A stretch of 64,000 bases of DNA from the human T2T-CHM13v2.0 reference genome, Homo sapiens. Location of the stretch: assembly GCF_009914755.1 (NCBI RefSeq), contig NC_060947.1; one strand, 5' to 3'. Position 1 is the stretch's first letter. Each line of letters opens with the position of its first letter. This document shows positions 24,101 through 36,271 of this stretch, piece after piece. Below the pieces are notes generated by a model. The model ran no database searches, was not told where the DNA came from, and saw only the letters and a program-made list of their open reading frames with translations. Made by a program: the position numbers and the translations under genes.

Positions 24101-27100
24101 CAAACGTCCACTTGCAGATTCTCGAAAAAGAGTGTTTCATAGCTGCTCTTTCAAAAGGAAAGTTCAACTCTGGGAGTTGAATACAAACATCCCAAAGTAG
24201 TTTCCGAGAATGCTTCTGTTTAGTTTTTATGTGAAGATGATCCCGTTTCCAGTGAAATCTTCAAAGAGGTCCACATATCCCCTTGCAGATTCCAAAGAAA
24301 GAGGGTTTCAAAACTGCTCCATCAGAAGGATTGTTCAACTCTGTGAGTTGAATGCAGTCATCGCAGAAAACTTTCTGAGAATGCTTCTGTCTAGGTTTGA
24401 TGTGAAGATATAGACGTTTCAAACGAAGGCTACAAAGTGGTCAAAATATACACTTGCAGATTCTACTACAAGGGTGTTGCAAACCTGAACTATCAAAGGA
24501 AGGTTCAACTCTGTGAGTTGAATACAAACGTCACAAAGAATGTTCTGAGTTTGCTTCCGTTCAGTTATGGGAAGTTGATCCCGTTTCCAACGAAATCCTC
24601 AGAGAGGTCCAAATATCCCCTTGCAGATTCTACAAAACGTGTGTTTGGAAACTGCTCCATCATAACGAATGTTCAGCTCCCTGAGTTAAACTCCATCGTC
24701 ACAAAGAATTTTCTGAGAGTGCTACCGTCTGGTTTTTATATGAAGTTCTTTCCTTCACTACCACAGACCTCAAAGCGGTCCAAATCTCCACTTGCAGATT
24801 CTACAAAAAGAGTGTTTGCAAACTGCTCTATCAAAAGGAATGTTCAACTCTGGGAGTTGAATGCAATCATCACAGAGCAGTTTCTGAGAATGCTTCTATG
24901 TCGTTTTTAGGAGAAGATATTTCCTTTTCCAACACAGTCCTCCAAGCCCGCTAAATAGCCACTTGCACATTGTAGAAAAAGTGTGTCAAAGCTGCGCTAT
25001 CAAAGGGAAAGTTCAACTCTGTGAGGTGAATGCAAACATCCCAAAGAAGTTTCTGAGAATGCTTCCGTTTAGCTTTTAGGTGAAGATTATCCCGTTTCCA
25101 ACGAAAGCTTCAAAGAGGTCCAAATATCCCCTTGCGGATCCCACAGAAAGAGTGTTTCAAAACTGCTGTTTCAAAAGGAATCTTCAACTCTGTGAGTTGA
25201 ATGCAATCATCACAAAGAAGTTTCTGACAATGCTTCTCTCTCGTCTTTCTGTGAAGATAAAGGAAAAGGCTTTCAGGCCTTTTCCACCACAGGCCTGAAA
25301 GCGCTCCAAATGTCCACTTGCAGATTCTGCCAAAAGAATATTTCAAAACTGCTCTATGAAAAGCAATGTTAAACTCTGTGGCTCGAATACAAACATCACA
25401 AAGCGGTTTCTGAGAATGCTTCAGTTTAGTTTTTCTGTGAAAATATTCCCGTTTCCAAAGAAATCTTCAAAGAGGTCCACGTATCCACTTACAGATTCTA
25501 CAAAAAGACAGTTTCAAAACTGCTCCATCAAAAGGAGGGTTCAACTGTGTGACTTGAATGCAATCATCACTCAGAAGTTTCTGAGAATGCTTCTCTTTAG
25601 TTTTTACGTGAACATATACCCGTTTCGAACGAAGGCCACCCAGTGGTCCAAATATCCACTTGCAGATTCTACAGAAAGAGTGTTTCGAACCTGATCTCTC
25701 AAAGGCAGGTCCATCTCTGCGAGTTAAATGCATTCATCATGAAGAACTTTCTCAGATTGTTTGTGTTTAGTTATGGGAAATTATTCCCGTTTCCAACGAA
25801 ATCCTCAGAGAGCTCCAAATATCCACCTGTAGATTCTACCAAAAGTGTATTTGGAAACTGCTCCATCAAAAGGCATGTTCAGCTCTGTGAGTGAAACTCC
25901 ATCATCACAAAGAATATTCTGAGAATGCTTCCGTTTGCCTTTTATATGAACTTCCTTCCTGTACCACCGTAGGCCTCAAAGCAGTCCAAATCTCCATTTG
26001 CAGATTCTACAAAAAGAGTGATTCCAATCTGCTCTATCAATAGGATTGTTCAACTCCATGAGTTGAATGCCATCCTCACAAAGTAGTTTCTGAGAATGCT
26101 TCTATCTGGTTTTTGTGTGAAGATATTTCCTTTTCCACCACAGGCCTCAAAGCCCTCCAAACGTCCACTTGCAGATTCTCGAAAAAGAGTGTTTCATAGC
26201 TGCTCTTTCAAAAGGAAAGTTCAACTCTGGGAGTTGAATACAAACATCACAAAATAGTTTCCGAGAATGCTTCTGTTTAGTTTTTATGTGAAGATGATCC
26301 CGTTTCCAGTGAAATCTTCAAAGAGGTCCACATATCCCCTTGCAGATTCCAAAGAAAGAGGGTTTCAAAACTGCTCCATCAAAAGGATTGTTCAACTCTG
26401 TGAGTTGAATGCAGTCATCGCAGAAAACTTTCTGAGAATGCTTCTGTCTAGGTTTGATGTGAAGATATAGACGTTTCAAACGAAGGCTACAAAGTGGTCA
26501 AAATATACACTTGCAGATTCTACTACAAGGGTGTTGCAAACCTGAACTATCAAAGGAAGGTTCAACTCTGTGAGTTGAATACAAACATCACAAAGAATGT
26601 TCTGAGTTTGCTTCCGTTCAGTTATGGGAAGTTGATCCCGTTTCCAACGAAATCCTCAGAGAGGTCCAAATATCCCCTCGCAGATTCTACAAAACGTGTG
26701 TTTGGAAACTGCTCCATCATAACGAATGTTCAGCTCCCTGAGTTAAACTCCATCGTCACAAAGAATTTTGTGAGAGTGCTACCGTCTGGTTTTTATATGA
26801 AGTTCTTTCCTTCACTACCACAGGCCTCAAAGCGGTCCAAATCTCCACTTGCAGATTCTACAAAAAGAGTGTTTGCAAACTGCTCTATCAAAAGGAATGT
26901 TCAACTCTGGGAGTTGAATGCAATCATTACAGAGCAGTTTCTGAGAATGCTTCTATGTCGTTTTTAGGAGAAGATATTTCCTTTTCCAACACAGTCCTCC
27001 TAGCCCGCTAAATAGCCACTTGCACATTGTAGAAAAAGTGTGTCAAAGCTGCGCTATCAAAGGGAAAGTTCAACTCTGTGAGGTGAATGCAAACATCCCA

Positions 27101-30100
27101 AAGAAGTTTCTGAGAATGCTTCCGTTTAGCTTTTAGGTGAAGATTATCCCGTTTCCAACGAAACCTTCAAAGAGGTCCAAATATCCCCTTGCGGATCCCA
27201 CAGAAAGAGTGTTTCGAAACTGCTGTTTCAAAAGGAATCTTCAACTCTGTGAGTTGAATGCAATCATCACAAAGAAGTTTCTGACAATGCTTCTCTCTCG
27301 TCTTTCTGTGAAGATAAAGGAAAAGGCTTTCAGGCCTTTTCCACCACAGGCCTGAAAGCGCTCCAAATGTCCACTTGCAGATTCTGTGAAAAGAATATTG
27401 CAAAACTGCTCTATGAAAAGCAATGTTAAACTCTGTGGCTCGAACACAAACATCACAAAGCAGTTTCTGAGAATGCTTCAGTTTAGTTTTTCTGTGGAAA
27501 TATTCCCGTTTCCAAAGAAATCTTCAAAGAGGTCCACGTATCCACTTACAGATTCTACAAAAAGACAGTTTCAAAACTGCTCCATCAAAAGGAGGGTTCA
27601 ACTGTGTGACTTGAATGCAATCATCACTCAGAAGTTTCTGAGAATGCTTCTCTTTAGTTTTTACGTGAACATATACCCGTTTCGAACGAAGGCCACCCAG
27701 TGGTCCAAATATCCACTTGCAGATTCTACAGAAAGAGTGTTTCGAACCTGAACTCTCAAAGGCAGGTTCATCTCTGCGAGTTAAATGCATTCATCATGAA
27801 GAACTTTCTCAGAGTGTTTGTGTTTAGTTATGGGAAATTATTCCCGTTTCCAACGAAATCCTCAGAGAGCTCCAAATATCCACCTGCAGATTCTACCAAA
27901 AGTGTATTTGGAAACTGCTCCATCAAAAGGCATGTTCAGCTCTGTGAGTGAAACTCCATCATCACAAAGAATATTCTGAGAATGCTTCCGTTTGCCTTTT
28001 ATATGAAGTTCCTTCCTATACTACCGTAGGCCTCAAAGCAGTCCAAATCTCCATTTGCAGATTCTACAAAAAGAGTGATTCCAATCTGCTCTATCAATAG
28101 GATTGTTCAACTCCATGTGTTGAATGCCATCCTCACAATGTCGTTTCTGAGAATGCTTCTATCTAGTTTTTATGTGAAGATATTTCCTTTTCCACCACAG
28201 GCCTCAAAGCCCTCCAAACGTCCACTTTCAGATTCTCGAAAAAGAGTGTTTCATAGCTGCTCTTTCAAAAGGAAAGTTCAACTCTGGGAGTTGAATACAA
28301 ACATCACAAAGTAGTTTCTGAGAATGCTTCTGTTTAGTTTTTATGTGAAGATGATCCCGTTTCCAGTGAAATCTTCAAAGAGGTCCACATATCCCCTTGC
28401 AGATTCCAAAGAAAGAGGGTTTCAAAACTGCTCCATCAGAAGGATTGTTCAACTCTGTGAGTTGAATGCAGTCATCGCAGAAAACTTTCTGAGAATGCTT
28501 CTGTCTAGGTTTGATGTGAAGATATAGACGTTTCAAACGAAGGCTACAAAGTGGTCAAAATATACACTTGCAGATTCTACTACAAGGGTGTTGCAAACCT
28601 GAACTATCAAAGGAAGGTTCAACTCTGTGAGTTGAATACAAACATCACAAAGAATGTTCTGAGTTTGCTTCCGTTCAGTTATGGGAAGTTGATCCCGTTT
28701 CCAACGAAATCCTCAGAGAGGTCCAAATATCCCCTCGCAGATTCTACAAAACGTGTGTTTGGAAACTGCTCCATCATAACGAATGTTCAGCTCCCTGAGT
28801 TAAACTCCATCGTCACAAAGAATTTTCTGAGAGTGCTACCGTCTGGTTTTTATATGAAGTTCTTTCCTTCACTACCACAGGCCTCAAAGCGGTCCAAATC
28901 TCCACTTGCAGATTCTACAAAAAGAGTGTTTGCAAACTGCTCTATCAAAAGGAATGTTCAACTCTGGGAGTTGAATGCAATCATCACAGAGCAGTTTCTG
29001 AGAATGCTTCTATGTCGTTTTTAGGAGAAGATATTTCCTTTTCCAACACAGTCCTCCAAGCCCGCTAAATAGCCACTTGCACATTGTAGAAAAAGTGTGT
29101 CAAAGCTGCGCTATCAAAGGGAAAGTTCAACTCTGTCAGGTGAATGCAAACATCCCAAAGAAGTTTCTGAGAATGCTTCCGTTTAGCTTTTAGGTGAAGA
29201 TTATCCCGTTTCCAACGAAACCTTCAAAGAGGTCCAAATATCCCCTTGCGGATCCCACAGAAAGAGTGTTTCGAAACTGCTGTTTCAAAAGGAATCTTCA
29301 ACTCTGTGAGTTGAATGCAATCATCACAAAGAAGTTTCTGACAATGCTTCTCTCTCGTCTTTCTGTGAAGATAAAGGAAAAGGCTTTCAGGCCTTTTCCA
29401 CCACAGGCCTGAAAGCGCTCCAAATGTCCACTTGCAGATTCTGTGAAAAGAATATTGCAAAACTGCTCTATGAAAAGCAATGTTAAACTCTGTGGCTCGA
29501 ACACAAACATCACAAAGCAGTTTCTGAGAATGCTTCAGTTTAGTTTTTCTGTGGAAATATTCCCGTTTCCAAAGAAATCTTCAAAGAGGTCCACGTATCC
29601 ACTTACAGATTCTACAAAAAGACAGTTTCAAAACTGCTCCATCAAAAGGAGGGTTCAACTGTGTGACTTGAATGCAATCATCACTCAGAAGTTTCTGAGA
29701 ATGCTTCTCTTTAGTTTTTACGTGAACATATACCCGTTTCGAACGAAGGCCACCCAGTGGTCCAAATATCCACTTGCAGATTCTACAGAAAGAGTGTTTC
29801 GAACCTGAACTCTCAAAGGCAGGTTCATCTCTGCGAGTTAAATGCATTCATCATGAAGAACTTTCTCAGAGTGTTTGTGTTTAGTTATGGGAAATTATTC
29901 CCGTTTCCAACGAAATCCTCAGAGAGCTCCAAATATCCACCTGCAGATTCTACCAAAAGTGTATTTGGAAACTGCTCCATCAAAAGGCATGTTCAGCTCT
30001 GTGAGTGAAACTCCATCATCACAAAGAATATTCTGAGAATGCTTCCGTTTGCCTTTTATATGAAGTTCCTTCCTATACTACCGTAGGCCTCAAAGCAGTC

Positions 30101-33100
30101 CAAATCTCCATTTGCAGATTCTACAAAAAGAGTGATTCCAATCTGCTCTATCAATAGGATTGTTCAACTCCATGAGTTGAATGCCATCCTCACAATGTCG
30201 TTTCTGAGAATGCTTCTATCTAGTTTTTATGTGAAGATATTTCCTTTTCCACCACAGGCCTCAAAGCCCTCCAAACGTCCACTTTCAGATTCTCGAAAAA
30301 GAGTGTTTCATAGCTGCTCTTTCAAAAGGAAAGTTCAACTCTGGGAGTTGAATACAAACATCACAAAGTAGTTTCCGAGAATGCTTCTGTTTAGTTTTTA
30401 TGTGAAGATGATCCCGTTTCCAGTGAAATCTTCAAAGAGGTCCACATATCCCCTTGCAGATTCCAAAGAAAGAGGGTTTCAAAACTGCTCCATCAGAAGG
30501 ATTGTTCAACTCTGTGAGTTGAATGCAGTCATCGCAGAAAACTTTCTGAGAATGCTTCTGTCTAGGTTTGATGTGAAGATATAGACGTTTCAAACGAAGG
30601 CTACAAAGTGGTCAAAATATACACTTGCAGATTCTACTACAAGGGTGTTGCAAACCTGAACTATCAAAGGAAGGTTCAACTCTGTGAGTTGAATACAAAC
30701 ATCACAAAGAATGTTCTGAGTTTGCTTCCGTTCAGTTATGGGAAGTTGATCCCGTTTCCAACGAAATCCTCAGAGAGGTCCAAATATCCCCTTGCAGATT
30801 CTACAAAACGTGTGTTTGGAAACTGCTCCATCATAACGAATGTTCAGCTCCCTGAGTTAAACTCCATCGTCACAAAGAATTTTCTGAGAGTGCTACCGTC
30901 TGGTTTTTATATGAAGCTCTTTCCTTCACTACCACAGGCCTCAAAGCGGTCCAAATCTCCACTTGCAGATTCTACAAAAAGAGTGTTTGCAAACTGCTCT
31001 ATCAAAAGGAATGTTCAACTCTGGGAGTTGAATGCAATCATCACAGAGCAGTTTCTGAGAATGCTTCTATGTCGTTTTTAGGAGAAGATATTACCTTTTC
31101 CAACACAGTCCTCCTAGCCCGCTAAATAGCCACTTGCACATTGTAGAAAAAGTGTGTCAAAGCTGCGCTATCAAAGGGAAAGTTCAACTCTGTGAGGTGA
31201 ATGCAAACATCCCAAAGAAGTTTCTGAGAATGCTTCCGTTTAGCTTTTAGGTGAAGATTATCCCGTTTCCAACGAAACCTTCAAAGAGGTCCAAATATCC
31301 CCTTGCGGATCCCACAGAAAGAGTGTTTCGAAACTGCTGTTTCAAAAGGAATCTTCAACTCTGTGAGTTGAATGCAATCATCACAAAGAAGTTTCTGACA
31401 ATGCTTCTCTCTCGTCTTTCTGTGAAGATAAAGGAAAAGGCTTTCAGGCCTTTTCCACCACAGGCCTGAAAGCGCTCCAAATGTCCACTTGCAGATTCTG
31501 TGAAAAGAATATTGCAAAACTGCTCTATGAAAAGCAATGTTAAACTCTGTGGCTCGAACACAAACATCACAAAGCAGTTTCTGAGAATGCTTCAGTTTAG
31601 TTTTTCTGTGGAAATATTCCCGTTTCCAAAGAAATCTTCAAAGAGGTCCACGTATCCACTTACAGATTCTACAAAAAGACAGTTTCAAAACTGCTCCATC
31701 AAAAGGAGGGTTCAACTGTGTGACTTGAATGCAATCATCACTCAGAAGTTTCTGAGAATGCTTCTCTTTAGTTTTTACGTGAACATATACCCGTTTCGAA
31801 CGAAGGCCACCCAGTGGTCCAAATATCCACTTGCAGATTCTACAGAAAGAGTGTTTCGAACCTGAACTCTCAAAGGCAGGTTCATCTCTGCGAGTTAAAT
31901 GCATTCATCATGAAGAACTTTCTCAGAGTGTTTGTGTTTAGTTATGGGAAATTATTCCCGTTTCCAACGAAATCCTCAGAGAGCTCCAAATATCCACCTG
32001 CAGATTCTACCAAAAGTGTATTTGGAAACTGCTCCATCAAAAGGCATGTTCAGCTCTGTGAGTGAAACTCCATCATCACAAAGAATATTCTGAGAATGCT
32101 TCCGTTTGCCTTTTATATGAAGTTCCTTCCTATACGACCGTAGGCCTCAAAGCAGTCCAAATCTCCATTTGCAGATTCTACAAAAAGAGTGATTCCAATC
32201 TGCTCTATCAATAGGATTGTTCAACTCCATGAGTTGAATGCCATCCTCACAAAGTCGTTTCTGAGAATGCTTCTATCTAGTTTTTATGTGAAGATATTTC
32301 CTTTTCCACCACAGGCCTCAAAGCCCTCCAAACGTCCACTTGCAGATTCTCGAAAAAGAGTGTTTCATAGCTGCTCTTTCAAAAGGAAAGTTCAACTCTG
32401 GGAGTTGAATACAAACATCACAAAGTAGTTTCCGAGAATGCTTCTGTTTAGTTTTTATGTGAAGATGATCCCGTTTCCAGTGAAATCTTCAAAGAGGTCC
32501 ACATATCCCCTTGCAGATTCCAAAGAAAGAGGGTTTCAAAACTGCTCCATCAGAAGGATTGTTCAACTCTGTGAGTTGAATGCAGTCATCGCAGAAAACT
32601 TTCTGAGAATGCTTCTGTCTAGGTTTGATGTGAAGATATAGACGTTTCAAACGAAGGCTACAAAGTGGTCAAAATATACACTTGCAGATTCTACTACAAG
32701 GGTGTTGCAAACCTGAACTATCAAAGGAAGGTTCAACTCTGTGAGTTGAATACAAACATCACAAAGAATGTTCTGAGTTTGCTTCCGTTCAGTTATGGGA
32801 AGTTGATCCCGTTTCCAACGAAATCCTCAGAGAGGTCCAAATATCCCCTCGCAGATTCTACAAAACGTGTGTTTGGAAACTGCTCCATCATAACGAATGT
32901 TCAGCTCCCTGAGTTAAACTCCATCGTCACAAAGAATTTTCTGAGAGTGCTACCGTCTGGTTTTTATATGAAGTTCATTCCTTCACTACCACAGGCCTCA
33001 AAGCGGTCCAAATCTCCACTTGCAGATTCTACAAAAAGAGTGTTTGCAAACTGCTCTATCAAAAGGAATGTTCAACTCTGGGAGTTGAATGCAATCATCA

Positions 33101-33363
33101 CAGAGCAGTTTCTGAGAATGCTTCTATGTCGTTTTTAGGAGAAGATATTTCCTTTTCCAACACAGTCCTCCAAGCCCGCTAAATAGCCCCTTGCACATTG
33201 TAGAAAAAGTGTGTCAAAGCTGCGCTATCAAAGGGAAAGTTCAACTCTGTGAGGTGAATGCAAACATCCCAAAGAAGTTTCTGAGAATGCTTCCGTTTAG
33301 CTTTTAGGTGAAGATTATCCCGTTTCCAACGAAACCTTCAAAGAGGTCCAAATATCCCCTTGC

Positions 33364-36271
33364 GGATCCCACAGAAAGAGTGTTTCGAAACTGCTGTTTC
33401 AAAAGGAATCTTCAACTCTGTGAGTTGAATGCAATCATCACAAAGAAGTTTCTGACAATGCTTCTCTCTCGTCTTTCTGTGAAGATAAAGGAAAAGGCTT
33501 TCAGGCCTTTTCCACCACAGGCCTGAAAGCGCTCCAAATGTCCACTTGCAGATTCTGCCAAAAGAATATTTCAAAACTGCTCTATGAAAAGCAATGTTAA
33601 ACTCTGTGGCTCGAACACAAACATCACAAAGCAGTTTCTGAGAATGCTTCAGTTTAGTTTTTCTGTGGAAATATTCCCGTTTCCAAAGAAATCTTCAAAG
33701 AGGTCCACGTATCCACTTACAGATTCTACAAAAAGACAGTTTCAAAACTGCTCCATCAAAAGGAGGGTTCAACCATGTGACTTGAATGCAATCATCACTC
33801 AGAAGTTTCTGAGAATGCTTCTTTTTAGTTTTTATGTGAACATATACCCGTTTCGAACGAAGGCCACCCAGTGGTCCAAATATCCACTTGCAGATTCTAC
33901 AGAAAGAGTGTTTCGAACCTGAACTCTCAAAGGCAGGTTCATCTCTGCGAGTTAAATGCATTCATCATGAAGAACTTTCTCAGAGTGTTTGTGTTTAGTT
34001 ATGGGAAATTATTCCCGTTTCCAACGAAATCCTCAGAGAGCTCCAAATATCCACCTGCAGATTCTACCAAAAGTGTATTTGGAAACTGCTCCATCAAAAG
34101 GCATGTTCAGCTCTGTGAGTGAAACTCCATCATCACAAAGAATATTCTGAGAATGCTTCCGTTTCCCTTTTATATGAAGTTCCTTCCTATACTACCGTAG
34201 GCCTCAAAGCAGTCCAAATCTCCATTTGCAGATTCTACAAAAAGAGTGATTCCAATCTGCTCTATCAATAGGATTGTTCAACTCCATGAGTTGAATTCCA
34301 TCCTCACAATGTCGTTTGTGAGAATGCTTCTATCTAGTTTTTATGTGAAGATATTTCCTTTTCCACCACAGGCCTCAAAGCCCTCCAAACGTCCACTTGC
34401 AGATTCTCGAAAAAGAGTGTTTCATAGCTGCTCTTTCAAAAGGAAAGTTCAACTCTGGGAGTTGAATACAAACATCACAAAGTAGTTTCCGAGAATGCTT
34501 CTGTTTAGTTTTTATGTGAAGATGATCCCGTTTCCAGTGAAATCTTCAAAGAGGTCCACATATCCCCTTGCAGATTCCAAAGAAAGAGGGTTTCAAAACT
34601 GCTCCATCAGAAGGATTGTTCAACTCTGTGAGTTGAATGCAGTCATCGCAGAAAACTTTCTGAGAATGCTTCTGTCTAGGTTTGATGTGAAGATATAGAC
34701 GTTTCAAACGAAGGCTACAAAGTGGTCAAAATATACACTTGCAGATTCTACTACAAGGGTGTTGCAAACCTGAACTATCAAAGGAAGGTTCAACTCTGTG
34801 AGTTGAATACAAACATCACAAAGAATGTTCTGAGTTTGCTTCCGTTCAGTTATGGGAAGTTGATCCCGTTTCCAACGAAATCCTCAGAGAGGTCCAAATA
34901 TCCCCTTGCAGATTCTACAAAACGTGTGTTTGGAAACTGCTCCATCATAACGAATGTTCAGCTCCCTGAGTTAAACTCCATCGTCACAAAGAATTTTCTC
35001 AGAGTGCTACCGTCTGGTTTTTATATGAAGTTCTTTCCTTCACTACCACAGACCTCAAAGCGGTCCAAATCTCCACTTGCAGATTCTACAAAAAGAGTGA
35101 TTCCAATCTGCTCTATCAATAGGATTGTTCAACTCCATGAGTTGAATGCCATCCTCACAAAGTAGTTTCTGAGAATGCTTCTATCTGGTTTTTGTGTGAA
35201 GATATTTCCTTTTCCACCACAGGCCTCAAAGCCCTCCAAACGTCCACTTGCAGATTCTCGAAAAAGAGTGTTTCATAGCTGCTCTTTCAAAAGGAAAGTT
35301 CAACTCTGGGAGTTGAATACAAACATCACAAAATAGTTTCCGAGAATGCTTCTGTTTAGTTTTTATGTGAAGATGATCCCGTTTCCAGTGAAATCTTCAA
35401 AGAGGTCCACATATCCCCTTGCAGATTCCAAAGAAAGAGGGTTTCAAAACTGCTCCATCAGAAGGATTGTTCAACTCTGTGAGTTGAATGCAGTCATCGC
35501 AGAAAACTTTCTGAGAATGCTTCTGTCTAGGTTTGATGTGAAGATATAGACGTTTCAAACGAAGGCTACAAAGTGGTCAAAATATACACTTGCAGATTCT
35601 ACTACAAGGGTGTTGCAAACCTGAACTATCAAAGGAAGGTTCAACTCTGTGAGTTGAATACAAACGTCACAAAGAATGTTCTGAGTTTGCTTCCGTTCAG
35701 TTATGGGAAGTTGATCCCGTTTCCAACGAAATCCTCAGAGAGGTCCAAATATCCCCTCGCAGATTCTACAAAACGTGTGTTTGGAAACTGCTCCATCATA
35801 ACGAATGTTCAGCTCCCTGAGTTAAACTCCATCGTCACAAAGAATTTTCTGAGAGTGCTACCGTCTGGTTTTTATATGAAGTTCTTTCCTTCACTACCAC
35901 AGGCCTCAAAGCGGTCCAAATCTCCACTTGCAGATTCTACAAAAAGAGTGTTTGCAAACTGCTCTATCAAAAGGAATGTTCAACTCTGGGAGTTGAATGC
36001 AATCATCACAGAGCAGTTTCTGAGAATGCTTCTATGTCGTTTTTAGGAGAAGATATTTCCTTTTCCAACACAGTCCTCCAAGCCCGCTAAATAGCCACTT
36101 GCACATTGTAGAAAAAGTGTGTCAAAGCTGTGCTATCAAAGGGAAAGTTCAACTCTGTGAGGTGAATGCAAACATCCCAAAGAAGTTTCTGAGAATGCTT
36201 CCGTTTAGCTTTTAGGTGAAGATTATCCCGTTTCCAACGAAACCTTCAAAGAGGTCCAAATATCCCCTTGC
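33364..36271 (-). repeat. 17-mer HOR variant (2908 bp; +851 bp = 5 monomers)
   Basis: BamHI 33364 to 36272. Segment 34249-35099 is repeated at 35100-35950, with a chimeric monomer junction at 35077-35099. Confidence 0.93.

Noticed and set aside
34722-35165. 147-aa ORFs with an altered C-terminus (also 43800-44243)
   Set aside because: They only mark the 17-mer junction. There is no coding evidence.
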